DNA of 64,000 nt from contig OZ223236.1 of the NCBI GenBank assembly GCA_965140445.1, forward strand, positions 544,001 through 608,000. Reading direction: 5' to 3'. The DNA comes from Candidatus Ozemobacteraceae bacterium (lineage in GTDB: Bacteria > Muiribacteriota > Ozemobacteria > Ozemobacterales > Ozemobacteraceae). The translations under genes were made by a program, and so were the position numbers. The notes beneath the pieces were generated by a model, which was given only the letters and a program-made list of their open reading frames with translations, was not told the DNA's origin and did no database searches. Positions 8,759-18,214 of the stretch are shown here, piece after piece; the first letter of the stretch is position 1, and every line of letters starts with the position of its first letter.

Positions 8759-11700
8759 ATGAACTTTAAGGCAAACAAAGGAATAGCTCGCATCGTTGTG
8801 TTGCGTGTTCTTTTGCTTTGCCTGTTTGTACAATTCAGTGGCGTTGATATGGTTTTTGCCGGCTCCATCAAAAAGGTTGTTTCTCCAAAAGCTGTTAAAG
8901 AAAAGTATTTTGATATCTCACCAGATGATGTGGCCGCCCCTGCTGAAAACAATCTTAAGATTTCAGAGTTTGATGTGGCCATGGAAGCTGCCAAAGAAGT
9001 AAAAACTGCCAACTTGCCTGATAATGGGCCATCTGCGGTAAAAATTGATCCTGCTATGCTTGCCAGGTTTGGTATGCCCAGCTCTTCTACCAAAGATTCG
9101 ACCCAGGAAAAATCTGCAATCACAATTAGCCCTGATGATGTTGCTGTTACTTCGGTGGCGGCCGTGGAGCCAGAAAAGATTCTTCCATACAATGATAAAG
9201 GGCCGGATCTTAAAAATAAAAGCACTGCCGGAAAAATCGCCGACTACGCAAGAAATTTCTGGTATGAAGATGATGAAGGCGAAGAAAAGCCTCGTATTTC
9301 AATTTCAGGAACCAAGAGCTTTGAAATGAAAAAAGCTGATGTATCTGGAGATATTGGTCACTTTTCAACAGAGAATTATGATTCAATGCCAGGGTTCCAT
9401 CTTGATCAAAGTCTGCATCTGGAAATTGATGGAAATATTACAGATAACTCAACAGTGCATGCCGTTCTGGATGATAAAGACGACGAGGACAGACGATTTA
9501 CAATTAATATTGATGGCCCTGTTTGGGATTTTATCATGGGGGATTTTCCTCTGGATTTTGATGGCACAGAATTTACTCTTTATCGCAAAGAAGTTAGAGG
9601 GGTTCTAGCTAAAGGCTCTTTCCACAAGAACTTTCAATCTGCATTTTTGTTTTCCCAATCTAAAGGGCTTTCTCGCCGCGAACAATTCAGAGGAGCAGGT
9701 CAGCAGCAGGAATTCCGGTTAGGTGGAAACCCTATTGTGCAAAATTCCGAAAAAGTCAGCATCGATGGCAAACCATTAACTCGCGGAACCGATTACTTTG
9801 TCGACTATGAAGATGGAATCATTAAATTTCTTCCCCACATGTTGCCAATTGAGTTAACCCGCTGGATTGTGGTGGAATACGAAGTAAATGATGACAGTAT
9901 GGCATTTAGCCGAAAGCTTTTTGGTACACGTCAGGTTTATACCCGTGATGAAAATCGACAGGTTGGTTTCAGCTGGCTTAGAGAAGTTGATGATACCACA
10001 CCAAAGTCGGCAGAAAATGCCTCTTCAACTGCAACTCCAATGCAGCACGATGTAATTGGAATGGACACTAAATGGCAGATTAACAAGAATTTAAAAATGG
10101 ACGCGGAAAGTTCCATTTCTCTGTATGATCCTAATATCAAAACGGAGCTAACTGCTGCTGATAAACGTCAGGTAGGACACGCAACCAAGGTTTCTCTTTT
10201 GTCGAAGACTGCAAGGACTGATGGAGAGCTTACTTTTAAACGCATTGATCATAAATTCAAAGTTGTGGGAAGAGAAAGTGGTGTAACCGAGTTGGGTGAA
10301 CGCGGCCTTGTAAATGATATTTTATCTGGAAAAGCCAGACTAACTTATAAAATTAATGAGGCTATGAGTGTTTTCGCTGATTCTGAGCGGTCTGAAACAA
10401 ATCTTTCGGACGATCCTGCTATCTCTACTATTGATTTTTCTGAAAATAATGCAGGCGCTGTATGGGCCTATAAGCCGGATTCCAGGATTGAGGTCAGGGC
10501 CGGGACTCAGCATGATCTCGAAAAGAGAACTGGTTATAAAGCAGACATCAATCGAGATGATGGAGCTGTTATCTGGGATTCCAGAATTGGAAACATAAAT
10601 ACTCAGGCTAAATTGCAACGCACTGCTTATATAGATAGACTAAATGCAGCCTCAGATTCTTCTGTGTTAGAGGCTAATTTGAGTCTTGGTTCTGAGGTTA
10701 GCAGCAAATTTTCGTGGAACGTTGGGGCTTCCAGAATTGCTGTTGACGATGAGCTGGTTCCAGATAATCTCCGTTCAGAAACACAAAACTACTCTATGGA
10801 CCTTAACTATGAGCCTAATAGAGTATTCACAGCACGAGGTGTTTTCCAATGGAGAAGGGCTGATGATTTTCTAGCTAATTCCAGAACTAATACTGAAATC
10901 GCTGATTCAAGGCTCAAGTATGAACCGACCCGTGATTTAAGAACTCAGTTTAAATACAAAGTTGAAAACACTTCAAAGGTCTTGAGAGATCCAAATCTTG
11001 ACCCTGAAAAATACATTTTGCCTCCAAGTCTTCCACAATCTGAGACCCAGAAGGAACAGATAATCGGAACCTTTGAAAACCCTGTTCAAAAAACTGATGC
11101 TAACTTTACAACTGATTATCAGATCAATAAGTATCTTCAAGCCTATTTTGACTGGCGAAATCGACAGCTTCGCGATCAGGCAACCAAGATCTCTGTTTCA
11201 TCAAACGATCGGCAGACTTTTGAATTACGCTATGTTCCTATGAAGAAAATGCTTGTAACAACCGAGTATGAAAGCGGAGTCAGTAAAAACTATGAACCAA
11301 AAACTGAGCTGAAAGATTCTTTAAAATCAATTCAGGTGCGCCATGAATTCTACGAAGGATGCATTCTTGATGCCACAGTTGAAGAGCGAGATGAAGATGA
11401 TGTTTTCATAAACGAAAATGATACAAATACCAAAAGCAAAATTCTTGAATTCCAGCGCGCATTTAATCGCTGGGCGACACTTGAATTGGGGCTCCAGCAC
11501 AATAAAATCGCTTCAAAATTGCCCAGCACCGAGTGGGAAAAGCGTATGGCGGTTATTCTGACTCCATTTTCAAGAAGTCAGCGCTACAAATTTTATATTA
11601 ACCATAAGGACATTTCTGCGGCTCAAAGCGGTAGTCATTACGAAGGTGGAATGAATTTTTCACAGTTTATTGGCACTGACACCATTATTGATGGGGAAAT

Positions 11701-11785
11701 TAAAAAAGTTCATTCTTCGCCAGGCATCGCTGGTAGCGGCTATGATGCCTTTGTCGTAAATGCCAAGATGGTTATTACTTTTTAG
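8759..11785 (+). CDS. Large secreted, probable outer-membrane beta-barrel protein
   Basis: Signal peptide, alternating beta-strand pattern, terminal Phe, LTRGTDYFVDYEDG motif. Confidence 0.6.
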   Translation: MNFKANKGIARIVVLRVLLLCLFVQFSGVDMVFAGSIKKVVSPKAVKEKYFDISPDDVAAPAENNLKISEFDVAMEAAKEVKTANLPDNGPSAVKIDPAMLARFGMPSSSTKDSTQEKSAITISPDDVAVTSVAAVEPEKILPYNDKGPDLKNKSTAGKIADYARNFWYEDDEGEEKPRISISGTKSFEMKKADVSGDIGHFSTENYDSMPGFHLDQSLHLEIDGNITDNSTVHAVLDDKDDEDRRFTINIDGPVWDFIMGDFPLDFDGTEFTLYRKEVRGVLAKGSFHKNFQSAFLFSQSKGLSRREQFRGAGQQQEFRLGGNPIVQNSEKVSIDGKPLTRGTDYFVDYEDGIIKFLPHMLPIELTRWIVVEYEVNDDSMAFSRKLFGTRQVYTRDENRQVGFSWLREVDDTTPKSAENASSTATPMQHDVIGMDTKWQINKNLKMDAESSISLYDPNIKTELTAADKRQVGHATKVSLLSKTARTDGELTFKRIDHKFKVVGRESGVTELGERGLVNDILSGKARLTYKINEAMSVFADSERSETNLSDDPAISTIDFSENNAGAVWAYKPDSRIEVRAGTQHDLEKRTGYKADINRDDGAVIWDSRIGNINTQAKLQRTAYIDRLNAASDSSVLEANLSLGSEVSSKFSWNVGASRIAVDDELVPDNLRSETQNYSMDLNYEPNRVFTARGVFQWRRADDFLANSRTNTEIADSRLKYEPTRDLRTQFKYKVENTSKVLRDPNLDPEKYILPPSLPQSETQKEQIIGTFENPVQKTDANFTTDYQINKYLQAYFDWRNRQLRDQATKISVSSNDRQTFELRYVPMKKMLVTTEYESGVSKNYEPKTELKDSLKSIQVRHEFYEGCILDATVEERDEDDVFINENDTNTKSKILEFQRAFNRWATLELGLQHNKIASKLPSTEWEKRMAVILTPFSRSQRYKFYINHKDISAAQSGSHYEGGMNFSQFIGTDTIIDGEIKKVHSSPGIAGSGYDAFVVNAKMVITF

Positions 11786-11882
11786 GTTCGCCTGTAATTC
11801 AATATGTTCTTACCCAGTATTGTTGTTATAAAGCAACGTTTTGGATTATGCTGGCAAAAATCAATTAAACGAGATAAAAGTC

Positions 11883-13202
11883 ATGGAATTTACAACTAAA
11901 CTAGCATTAGAGGGAGCTTACGCTCTTGGAATAGGGATCTTGATAGGTCTGGAACGTAGCGTATTTAATAAGCCTGAAGCAGAATTGGAATCAGAATCAC
12001 CTAAATTGCAGGATGATCCTTCCATTGAAGGAAGTGATTCCACCAGCGGTGTAAGAACCTATGCAACTTTTTCTCTGGTGGGGTTCATTGCGGCTTTGGC
12101 AAATGATCAGATCCCATTTGTTGCTCCTGTAATTTTAGCTGGTTTAGTTGCGCTTGTTCTAATGCTTTATAGGCATACTTTGAAAAAGAATCCTGGCATG
12201 ACAACTGAGGCTGCTGCAATCGGAACGGCTGCTCTCGGTGCTCTTTGCCATGGGCAGGCGCAAATCGCTGCTGTTTTTGCGGTAACTTTGACTGCAATCC
12301 TGAGCTCGAAGCATTTCACGCATGGCCTTATTCGCAAGATGCGTCGCGTAGAAGTAACAGATACGTTAAAGTTTCTTGTCATAATATTAATCGTTGTTCC
12401 ACTTTTGCCAAATAAGGCCTTAGACCCATATGGAGCTATTAACCTTTATAAAATAGGAATCTTGGTCGTTCTCATTTCTGGAATAAGCTTTGTTGGATAC
12501 TTCTTGACTCGAATGCTTGGAGCACAGAAGGGACTCGGCTTGACAGGACTTCTGGGAGGCCTGACCTCGTCTACGGCTGTAACTGTTGCCATGTCTAAAG
12601 AATCTAAAGAATCAGAAAACCTTAAATCCATTTGTGCTTTTTCAACCGTAATTGCTAATGCAACTTCGTTTTTTAGAGTTCTGATTATGGTGGTTATTCT
12701 TGATTTGTCACTTGCAAAGCAACTTGCATGGTCAATTGGTGGTATGGGGATTGTTGCGTGTATAGCTTCTCTCGGTTTATGGTTTTTAGCATCTAAAGAT
12801 CAGGCAACTGAAACAACTGAACGTGAAGGACAAGTTAAACTTAAAAACCCATTTTCGTTGGGGCCTGCCATTAACTTTGCTCTCTTTTTTGTCGCAATTA
12901 TTCTTGTTTCAAAGGTAGCCAGAAGCTATCTTGGTGATGCCGGTCTTTATCTGGCCGCAGCGTTTTCAGGTCTTGCAGATGTTGATGCAATAACTCTTTC
13001 TGTAGCTGAGCAGTGTAAAGATGGTGCACTTATTCGAAACGTCGGGGTATTTGCCATTACTATTGCTGTTGTTTCAAATGCCATAGTTAAAACCATAATT
13101 GCCATGACCACTGGAAGTAAAAGTTTCGGAAGAATGGTTGCTTTTTCCCTTGGATCAGCAGTTGTAGTTGGTCTGGCTCTAGCCTGGTTTATGCCTGGAT
13201 GA
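11883..13202 (+). CDS. MgtC/SapB-family DUF4010 membrane protein
   Basis: GILIGLER, GVRTY, GMTTE, GGLTSSTAVT and SGLADVDAIT motifs; start moved to ATG 11883. Confidence 0.85.
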   Translation: MEFTTKLALEGAYALGIGILIGLERSVFNKPEAELESESPKLQDDPSIEGSDSTSGVRTYATFSLVGFIAALANDQIPFVAPVILAGLVALVLMLYRHTLKKNPGMTTEAAAIGTAALGALCHGQAQIAAVFAVTLTAILSSKHFTHGLIRKMRRVEVTDTLKFLVIILIVVPLLPNKALDPYGAINLYKIGILVVLISGISFVGYFLTRMLGAQKGLGLTGLLGGLTSSTAVTVAMSKESKESENLKSICAFSTVIANATSFFRVLIMVVILDLSLAKQLAWSIGGMGIVACIASLGLWFLASKDQATETTEREGQVKLKNPFSLGPAINFALFFVAIILVSKVARSYLGDAGLYLAAAFSGLADVDAITLSVAEQCKDGALIRNVGVFAITIAVVSNAIVKTIIAMTTGSKSFGRMVAFSLGSAVVVGLALAWFMPG

Positions 13203-13323
13203 TTGCTAAGTAACAAAATTGCCAGGAATTTTTTAAATTTTGATTATCTTTTTTTCCTGCCTGGGTTAATATTCAAATGAGCTACGTTTTGTGGTTCATA
13301 GATGTTTTTTCCAGGAGTTAATT

Positions 13324-13749
13324 ATGAAATTTAAATCGATAGTTCTAGCTTGTCTGCTTGTTTTTGGAATGTCTGCATTGTGGGCTGGGATGATGCCATC
13401 TGCTGAAGAAATGAAAGCACTTGATGCAAAAGTGGATGCAATTATGGAAGCATACAATAAAAGCGATTCAACTGCTTTTTATGCTGAATGGGCGACAGCT
13501 ATGGCTTCAATAGCCACACCACAGGTTTTTAAAATGCTGTATGTAGACGGCGCAATGAAAAATTATGGTGCTTATAAATCAAGAAAAATTATTGAAGCTG
13601 AAACTGTAATCGTTCCTAATGTGCCAAACGGTCTTTTGGTTTATGAAGCAGAGTTTGAAAAAAATGCAAAAATGAAACTAGCCATAAATCTTCTTAAAGA
13701 AGGCGATGTATGGAAATTTCAGCAGGTAACAATTCAACCGCTTCCTTAA
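13324..13749 (+). CDS. Small secreted protein (DUF3887-like)
   Basis: AGGAG RBS, signal peptide, YEAEFEK motif. Confidence 0.6.
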   Translation: MKFKSIVLACLLVFGMSALWAGMMPSAEEMKALDAKVDAIMEAYNKSDSTAFYAEWATAMASIATPQVFKMLYVDGAMKNYGAYKSRKIIEAETVIVPNVPNGLLVYEAEFEKNAKMKLAINLLKEGDVWKFQQVTIQPLP

Positions 13750-13764
13750 TTTCTCAGATTTGAT

Positions 13765-13812
13765 AAAAAAACTCCGCTAAGCCTATTATTATCTGGCTTA
13801 GCGGAGTTTTTT
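13765..13812. terminator. Bidirectional intrinsic terminator
   Basis: AAAAAAACTCCGCTAAGCC / GGCTTAGCGGAGTTTTTT inverted repeat between convergent genes. Confidence 0.8.
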
Positions 13813-13830
13813 ATTACTGAAGTTTTGGGT

Positions 13831-14973
13831 CTAGAGTTTTTTGCTGTTCACCATGCGGTTAAATTCCATTATTTCATTATAATCAATCAATGCTGAGCCA
13901 GCGTTTGAAGGCCAGTATTTGAAAATTTGCTCCAGAATTCTATAGGCTTTGGAGGCATATTTTTTGAATGGCACATCTTTAACTATGGTTTTGCAATGGT
14001 TAGCCATATCTTTCATGTATTCCCTATAGTTTGGAAAACTTGCAGGGTAGCTCCAGTAGCGATAAATTTTATCAAACTTTTTAGTTACTTTTTCCCATAC
14101 AGTTGGCAAAAGACCAGGTATTTCATTTTCGGGTGGATAGCCTCTTTCAAGGGCTTCAATGTAATAAAGAAAAGCTTTGTCCAATAGACTTTTTCCATGA
14201 ACTTTTACGGTCACAGCATTTCCAAATTTATTCTTAAGGTTCTTTTCCAGAATATTTTCAAACTCATCCTTTGGTGAAAAACGTTTGTATTCGATGAGGG
14301 AAAGGTGTGATTGAAGTGCCAGATAGAAGGGGTTTTCAGGATGAACTTTTTCTAAGCGCTTAGTCCAGAGTTTTGCCTCTAAAAATTTATCTTCAAGTAG
14401 CCATCTGTGCAAAAGTTGAATCTTTGCTAAAAAAACTGATTTTGCAATATTTTCAGAATTTAGAACCAGCATATCGTCATAACTCTGAACCAGGTTTTTG
14501 TCGATCAAGCCTTTTAGATGCCTAACTTTTGAGGCAAGGTCTTCAAATTTATCAGAAGAGCCTTTTAGTTTGGATTCATCCAGGGATTTTTCCATGACAT
14601 TGAGTAGTGTTTTGAATGCAGGCAACCTGTTTTTTGGAAGACCCTCCACGTGGGTTACTATTGTTGTAAATTCCTGACGGAAAAGAGCGAAAACTTTCCT
14701 GATCATGTTAAGTCTTCTGGCCAGATAGGATTCAAAAGCAGAGTTTAGATCAACCAAATCCTGATTTTCAGGAAGATTTGTAAGTTTGTCATGTTCGATT
14801 TTTCTTACAATCTTTTCGTATTGTTCAAGATCACTAGTTTTAATCCTGAGAAACTTACTTTTTTTGGCTTTCAATTCTTCTGAAGTTTCATTAACTTCAA
14901 GATCTTTAATCGTTAATCCAAATAAGCCGCTACTAAGGCAAAGCATTAGCGCTAAAACAAAAATCTTTTTCAT
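13831..14973 (-). CDS. Secreted helical hypothetical protein
   Basis: 380-aa ORF with AGGAG RBS and signal peptide. Confidence 0.7.
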   Translation of the reverse strand: MKKIFVLALMLCLSSGLFGLTIKDLEVNETSEELKAKKSKFLRIKTSDLEQYEKIVRKIEHDKLTNLPENQDLVDLNSAFESYLARRLNMIRKVFALFRQEFTTIVTHVEGLPKNRLPAFKTLLNVMEKSLDESKLKGSSDKFEDLASKVRHLKGLIDKNLVQSYDDMLVLNSENIAKSVFLAKIQLLHRWLLEDKFLEAKLWTKRLEKVHPENPFYLALQSHLSLIEYKRFSPKDEFENILEKNLKNKFGNAVTVKVHGKSLLDKAFLYYIEALERGYPPENEIPGLLPTVWEKVTKKFDKIYRYWSYPASFPNYREYMKDMANHCKTIVKDVPFKKYASKAYRILEQIFKYWPSNAGSALIDYNEIMEFNRMVNSKKL

Positions 14974-15083
14974 CAGTATCTCCTGAACAATAAGGTATTT
15001 TTTTATTATACAGAATTATTGGTTCTAGACAAATCTTGAACATGTTGTTTAAGAATCCAGATTTTTTCCTTAGAATTCAGAGT

Positions 15084-15647
15084 ATGAATAATTTAATCAA
15101 GTGGAACAAAAAGTTTGCTGACCGACCCAACCAGTTGATGGAACCAGAACCTTTTCTTGTTGAGAATGTTGGAAATTTAAAACCAGGTTCTGTTTTGGAT
15201 ATTGCTTGTGGCGATGGCAGAAATGCAATTTATCTTGCCCGGGAAAAATTTGATGTAACTGGTGTGGACTTTTCAGATGAAGGTTTAAGTAGATTGAACC
15301 GGTTTGCATCAGATGAAGGATTAAAGATAAACACCATCCAACACGATCTGGAAGGTATAGATGAAATACCACTTTCTAATAAGTTCGATAACATAGTTGT
15401 CAGTCATTTTAAGTTGTCTGATGCTCTTCTGAGGAAAATACCCTATCTACTAAGCTCTAATGGGATGTTAATATACGTTGTTTTTAATGTTTCTACGATT
15501 GGTATCAGAGCTTTTCCAGAAGATTTTTGTATTCCTAAAGGATCGTTAAGAAATTATGATTGGCCTTTGAAGCTTCAGGTTTATAAAGAAATTTTCAGGC
15601 AAAACATCGGATATTTTGATGCATATGCTTTTAAATTAGAGAAGTAA
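15084..15647 (+). CDS. Class I SAM-dependent methyltransferase (TehB-like)
   Basis: VLDIACGDGRNAIYLA...VTGVDFS motif. Confidence 0.85.
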   Translation: MNNLIKWNKKFADRPNQLMEPEPFLVENVGNLKPGSVLDIACGDGRNAIYLAREKFDVTGVDFSDEGLSRLNRFASDEGLKINTIQHDLEGIDEIPLSNKFDNIVVSHFKLSDALLRKIPYLLSSNGMLIYVVFNVSTIGIRAFPEDFCIPKGSLRNYDWPLKLQVYKEIFRQNIGYFDAYAFKLEK

Positions 15648-15831
15648 AAGTAAGCTTAGAGTTTTTAGAGTTTGATAAATTGTTTGGATAAGATTTTAAA
15701 CTGCTGAGTTTTACTTTTTTGAATTCTTAAAAACAATCGAAACGAAAAGTCTTTAAAAAATTACGGCTTTTTTCAAAAAAAAAGAACTTTTTTGGGCTCT
15801 TAGACGCCCATTAGAAGGCAAAAAAACATGC

Positions 15832-15896
15832 TTTTAGAAAAAAAGATAAAAAAGTTTTAAAAAAGTATTGACAGATGTTTAAGTCGATGTTACAAT
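15832..15896 (+). promoter_or_regulatory. Strong sigma70-type promoter with A-tract UP region and extended -10
   Basis: TTGACA 15868-15873, 17-nt spacer, TG 15888-15889, TACAAT 15891-15896; A tracts upstream. Confidence 0.85.
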
Positions 15897-15902
15897 TACC
15901 AA

Positions 15903-17018
15903 ACACGATGAGTGAATTGATCTTTGAAAAACGAATTGGTAGCCGCGAAACAGTAACTTCTGAACTCCGGTAAGCCATGGGAAACGACGACTAAAGACGG
16001 ATGCAGATGTCTGGCAACAGGCAAAACGGTTCGAAAGGGAAACAATAACCTCGGGAGTCACCTGGCCAAAGAAGAAGTTAAGGTTAAAAGGCAAGAAATA
16101 CATAGGGGGAGGGTTCCGCTAGACGGAATTACCAACTTCGAATGCAGAAAAACTCTAAGAGGGAACAAAACCCTGAAAGAGGAAGGAGCAATCCAGGGCA
16201 ATCGAAGCCTGATACCCCAAAGTAGAAAAGGTCATGAAAGTTGCAATCGCATCTGATGGGTGAAACTTGAGGATGTAAGAGGCGCTTCAAATCGGGATCA
16301 AAACTTCAGGACTCGATCGAATCTCATGATGGGAACCAGCTACTTGTAGCAAGGGGCCAGAAAAAGGCATATTCGCATTAGACTAAAACTATGACGAATG
16401 GGTAGGGGGAAACTACCACTGATTTCTGGAAGAAATCCATGAAGGGACGATAACGGTGAAGGAGTAAGACAGCTGTAAACGGGTGTCGATCGATTTGGGG
16501 CTAGACTTTGAAGACCATGACCCTGCGAGTGCTAGTGAGGTGGAATAAACTCACAGATCAAAATGGGCGTTAATCCTGTTGAGAGGTTGCGAAAACCTGG
16601 GAATGGGATGCGGTAGGTGTGGAAGCCTGCTTGTCACGAACTTTTGATTATGGCGCTGATAGGGAAGAAACCTGAGAAGGCGTCGGATAATCCAACCGAT
16701 GAGACTACTTGAAAGAACCTTGAAGTCGGCAGAAATCTATAAGAGGATAGAACGAAAACGGAACACCGCCATTTTCTGGTGATTGTATCGAGGGCCTCGG
16801 GGACGACGAACGTCTGAGGCTTGGCGTAACCAATATGCGTCATAGTGCGATCATGTTAAAACTCTAGAAGAGATGTAACGACAAGAAGGGGTAATCAAAC
16901 CTGGTAACGGGGGCGATAAACCAAATAGTGAAAGTCTTCATGAAGGACAACCAATTCACAGAAATCAACCATTCAAAGTGTATTAGCAGGCTCCGGTTAA
17001 ACGGAGCCTGTTTCTATT
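15903..17018 (+). ncRNA. Candidate large (~1.1 kb) structured non-coding RNA, family unassigned
   Basis: No + strand ORF of 60 aa or more; own promoter and terminator; G/A-rich with raised GC; many hairpins with GNRA/CUUG loops; nested long-range helices; 5'/3' end pairing. Confidence 0.8.
15918..15930 (+). promoter_or_regulatory. boxA-like antitermination element
   Basis: TGATCTTTGAAAA about 15 nt after the predicted start, resembling rRNA-leader boxA (E. coli TGCTCTTTAACA; Firmicute-type TCTTTGAAAA). Confidence 0.6.
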
Positions 17019-17020
17019 TT
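16985..17020 (+). terminator. Intrinsic terminator of the ncRNA unit
   Basis: AGCAGGCTCCG-GTTAAA-CGGAGCCTGTT followed by TCTATTTT. Confidence 0.85.
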
Positions 17021-17167
17021 AGCTAAATTCAAGTTTTGAATTTTAACTTTCAATTTAACCATTTCTGTTATCAGAAGCTCAAAAATCGCCATTTAAACCT
17101 GTTTTTCCACACAGAAATGAAAGATGTGCCATACTGGTCTGAAAGCAGACTTCATGGAGGATCCAGC

Positions 17168-18076
17168 ATGAAAAAAGCCCTTTTAGTTTTCATTCTCATT
17201 TTTTTTACTAGTGTTTCTGGTTTTGCTCAATTCCCAGAGAGGAAATACCAAAAGAACGGCATTTTCTATTATAAAATGACAGGTCTGAATGACGGCCGAA
17301 GATATGAGGCAATATCTCGTCATAGAGTAATTGAAATACAAGGAAATTTTCATGAAGAAATTTCCTGGATACAATTAAAAAGTGATGGGGAAAATATTGA
17401 CTTAAAGCCCCTCAAAGATTTTACACAACTTCTTTCTTTGGATAAAAATTTTCATGGAACTCCTCCAGATATTTCAAAAATTCCACCACAACTTAGAAAG
17501 TTTATTTTGGGCCCCATCTTTGATTTGATGACTTTCTATGTAGACTTGAATCCAAGACTTTTTTTGACAAAAATGAAGGAATTGGAACTTGGCCAACCCA
17601 TTCATATTCCTTATAACAAACCTTCTTCGTGGGCAGATGGAGAATTTCTCTTAATTGGAGAGGATTGCATTGATTTCAAGCTGACATTTCAGGAGCAAAC
17701 TCTTAATAAAGCTTTAATGAGAGTTGAACATTTCCCACCTTCGGAGAATTTAAAAATCAACCTTCCAGAAAAATGGATGCAGGATGTTTTTCCAAATGGA
17801 AAGACTAACTGGATTCAAATTTCTAAAATTCCTGGTAAAGGTGAAAAACTTTTTGTTTCTTATGGGTATGAATACTTTGATGTTCATATTTATATCGACA
17901 CTAAAGATGGAAAAATTCTCTCAGCCAATATGTATAACCCGGTTGAAATAATGAATAGAGTTTGTAGTAAATTCCAAAAGCTGGAAAACAACCAATTGAA
18001 ATTGTTAGAGTGTAGTGAAGCCGAGTATAAGCATACTTATCGAAGCATTTCCTTAAAGCTGCTCAAAAAACTATAA
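17168..18076 (+). CDS. Secreted hypothetical protein
   Basis: GGAGGA RBS before ATG 17168; signal peptide MKKALLVFILIFFTSVSGFA. Confidence 0.7.
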   Translation: MKKALLVFILIFFTSVSGFAQFPERKYQKNGIFYYKMTGLNDGRRYEAISRHRVIEIQGNFHEEISWIQLKSDGENIDLKPLKDFTQLLSLDKNFHGTPPDISKIPPQLRKFILGPIFDLMTFYVDLNPRLFLTKMKELELGQPIHIPYNKPSSWADGEFLLIGEDCIDFKLTFQEQTLNKALMRVEHFPPSENLKINLPEKWMQDVFPNGKTNWIQISKIPGKGEKLFVSYGYEYFDVHIYIDTKDGKILSANMYNPVEIMNRVCSKFQKLENNQLKLLECSEAEYKHTYRSISLKLLKKL

Positions 18077-18214
18077 TGGAATCAATAACCATACTGCCGG
18101 AAATGGGAAAATTGATTTTTAGCTATATATAGTGGCTGCTATAAAAATAAGATGTTATTAATTGGCTGCTGACTCGTAATTTTAGTATATAGATTTTTTT
18201 GGGGAGAGAAGATA

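Noticed and set aside
15879..16843. Minus-strand ORFs 15879-16103 and 16634-16843
   Set aside because: Short, no recognisable motifs, and opposite to the promoter/terminator orientation; likely chance ORFs.
15903..17018. rRNA, tmRNA, RNase P, tRNA or group I/II intron identity for the long non-coding unit
   Set aside because: I found no 16S/23S universal motifs, no RNase P GAGGAAAGUCC, no tRNA-like T-loop/CCA end and no group II domain V. It has its own promoter and terminator rather than interrupting a gene. Checked by eye only; cmscan is needed.
17129..18096. 8-bp direct repeat CCATACTG flanking the 17168-18076 gene as a target-site duplication
   Set aside because: No transposase or terminal inverted repeats; compatible with chance.
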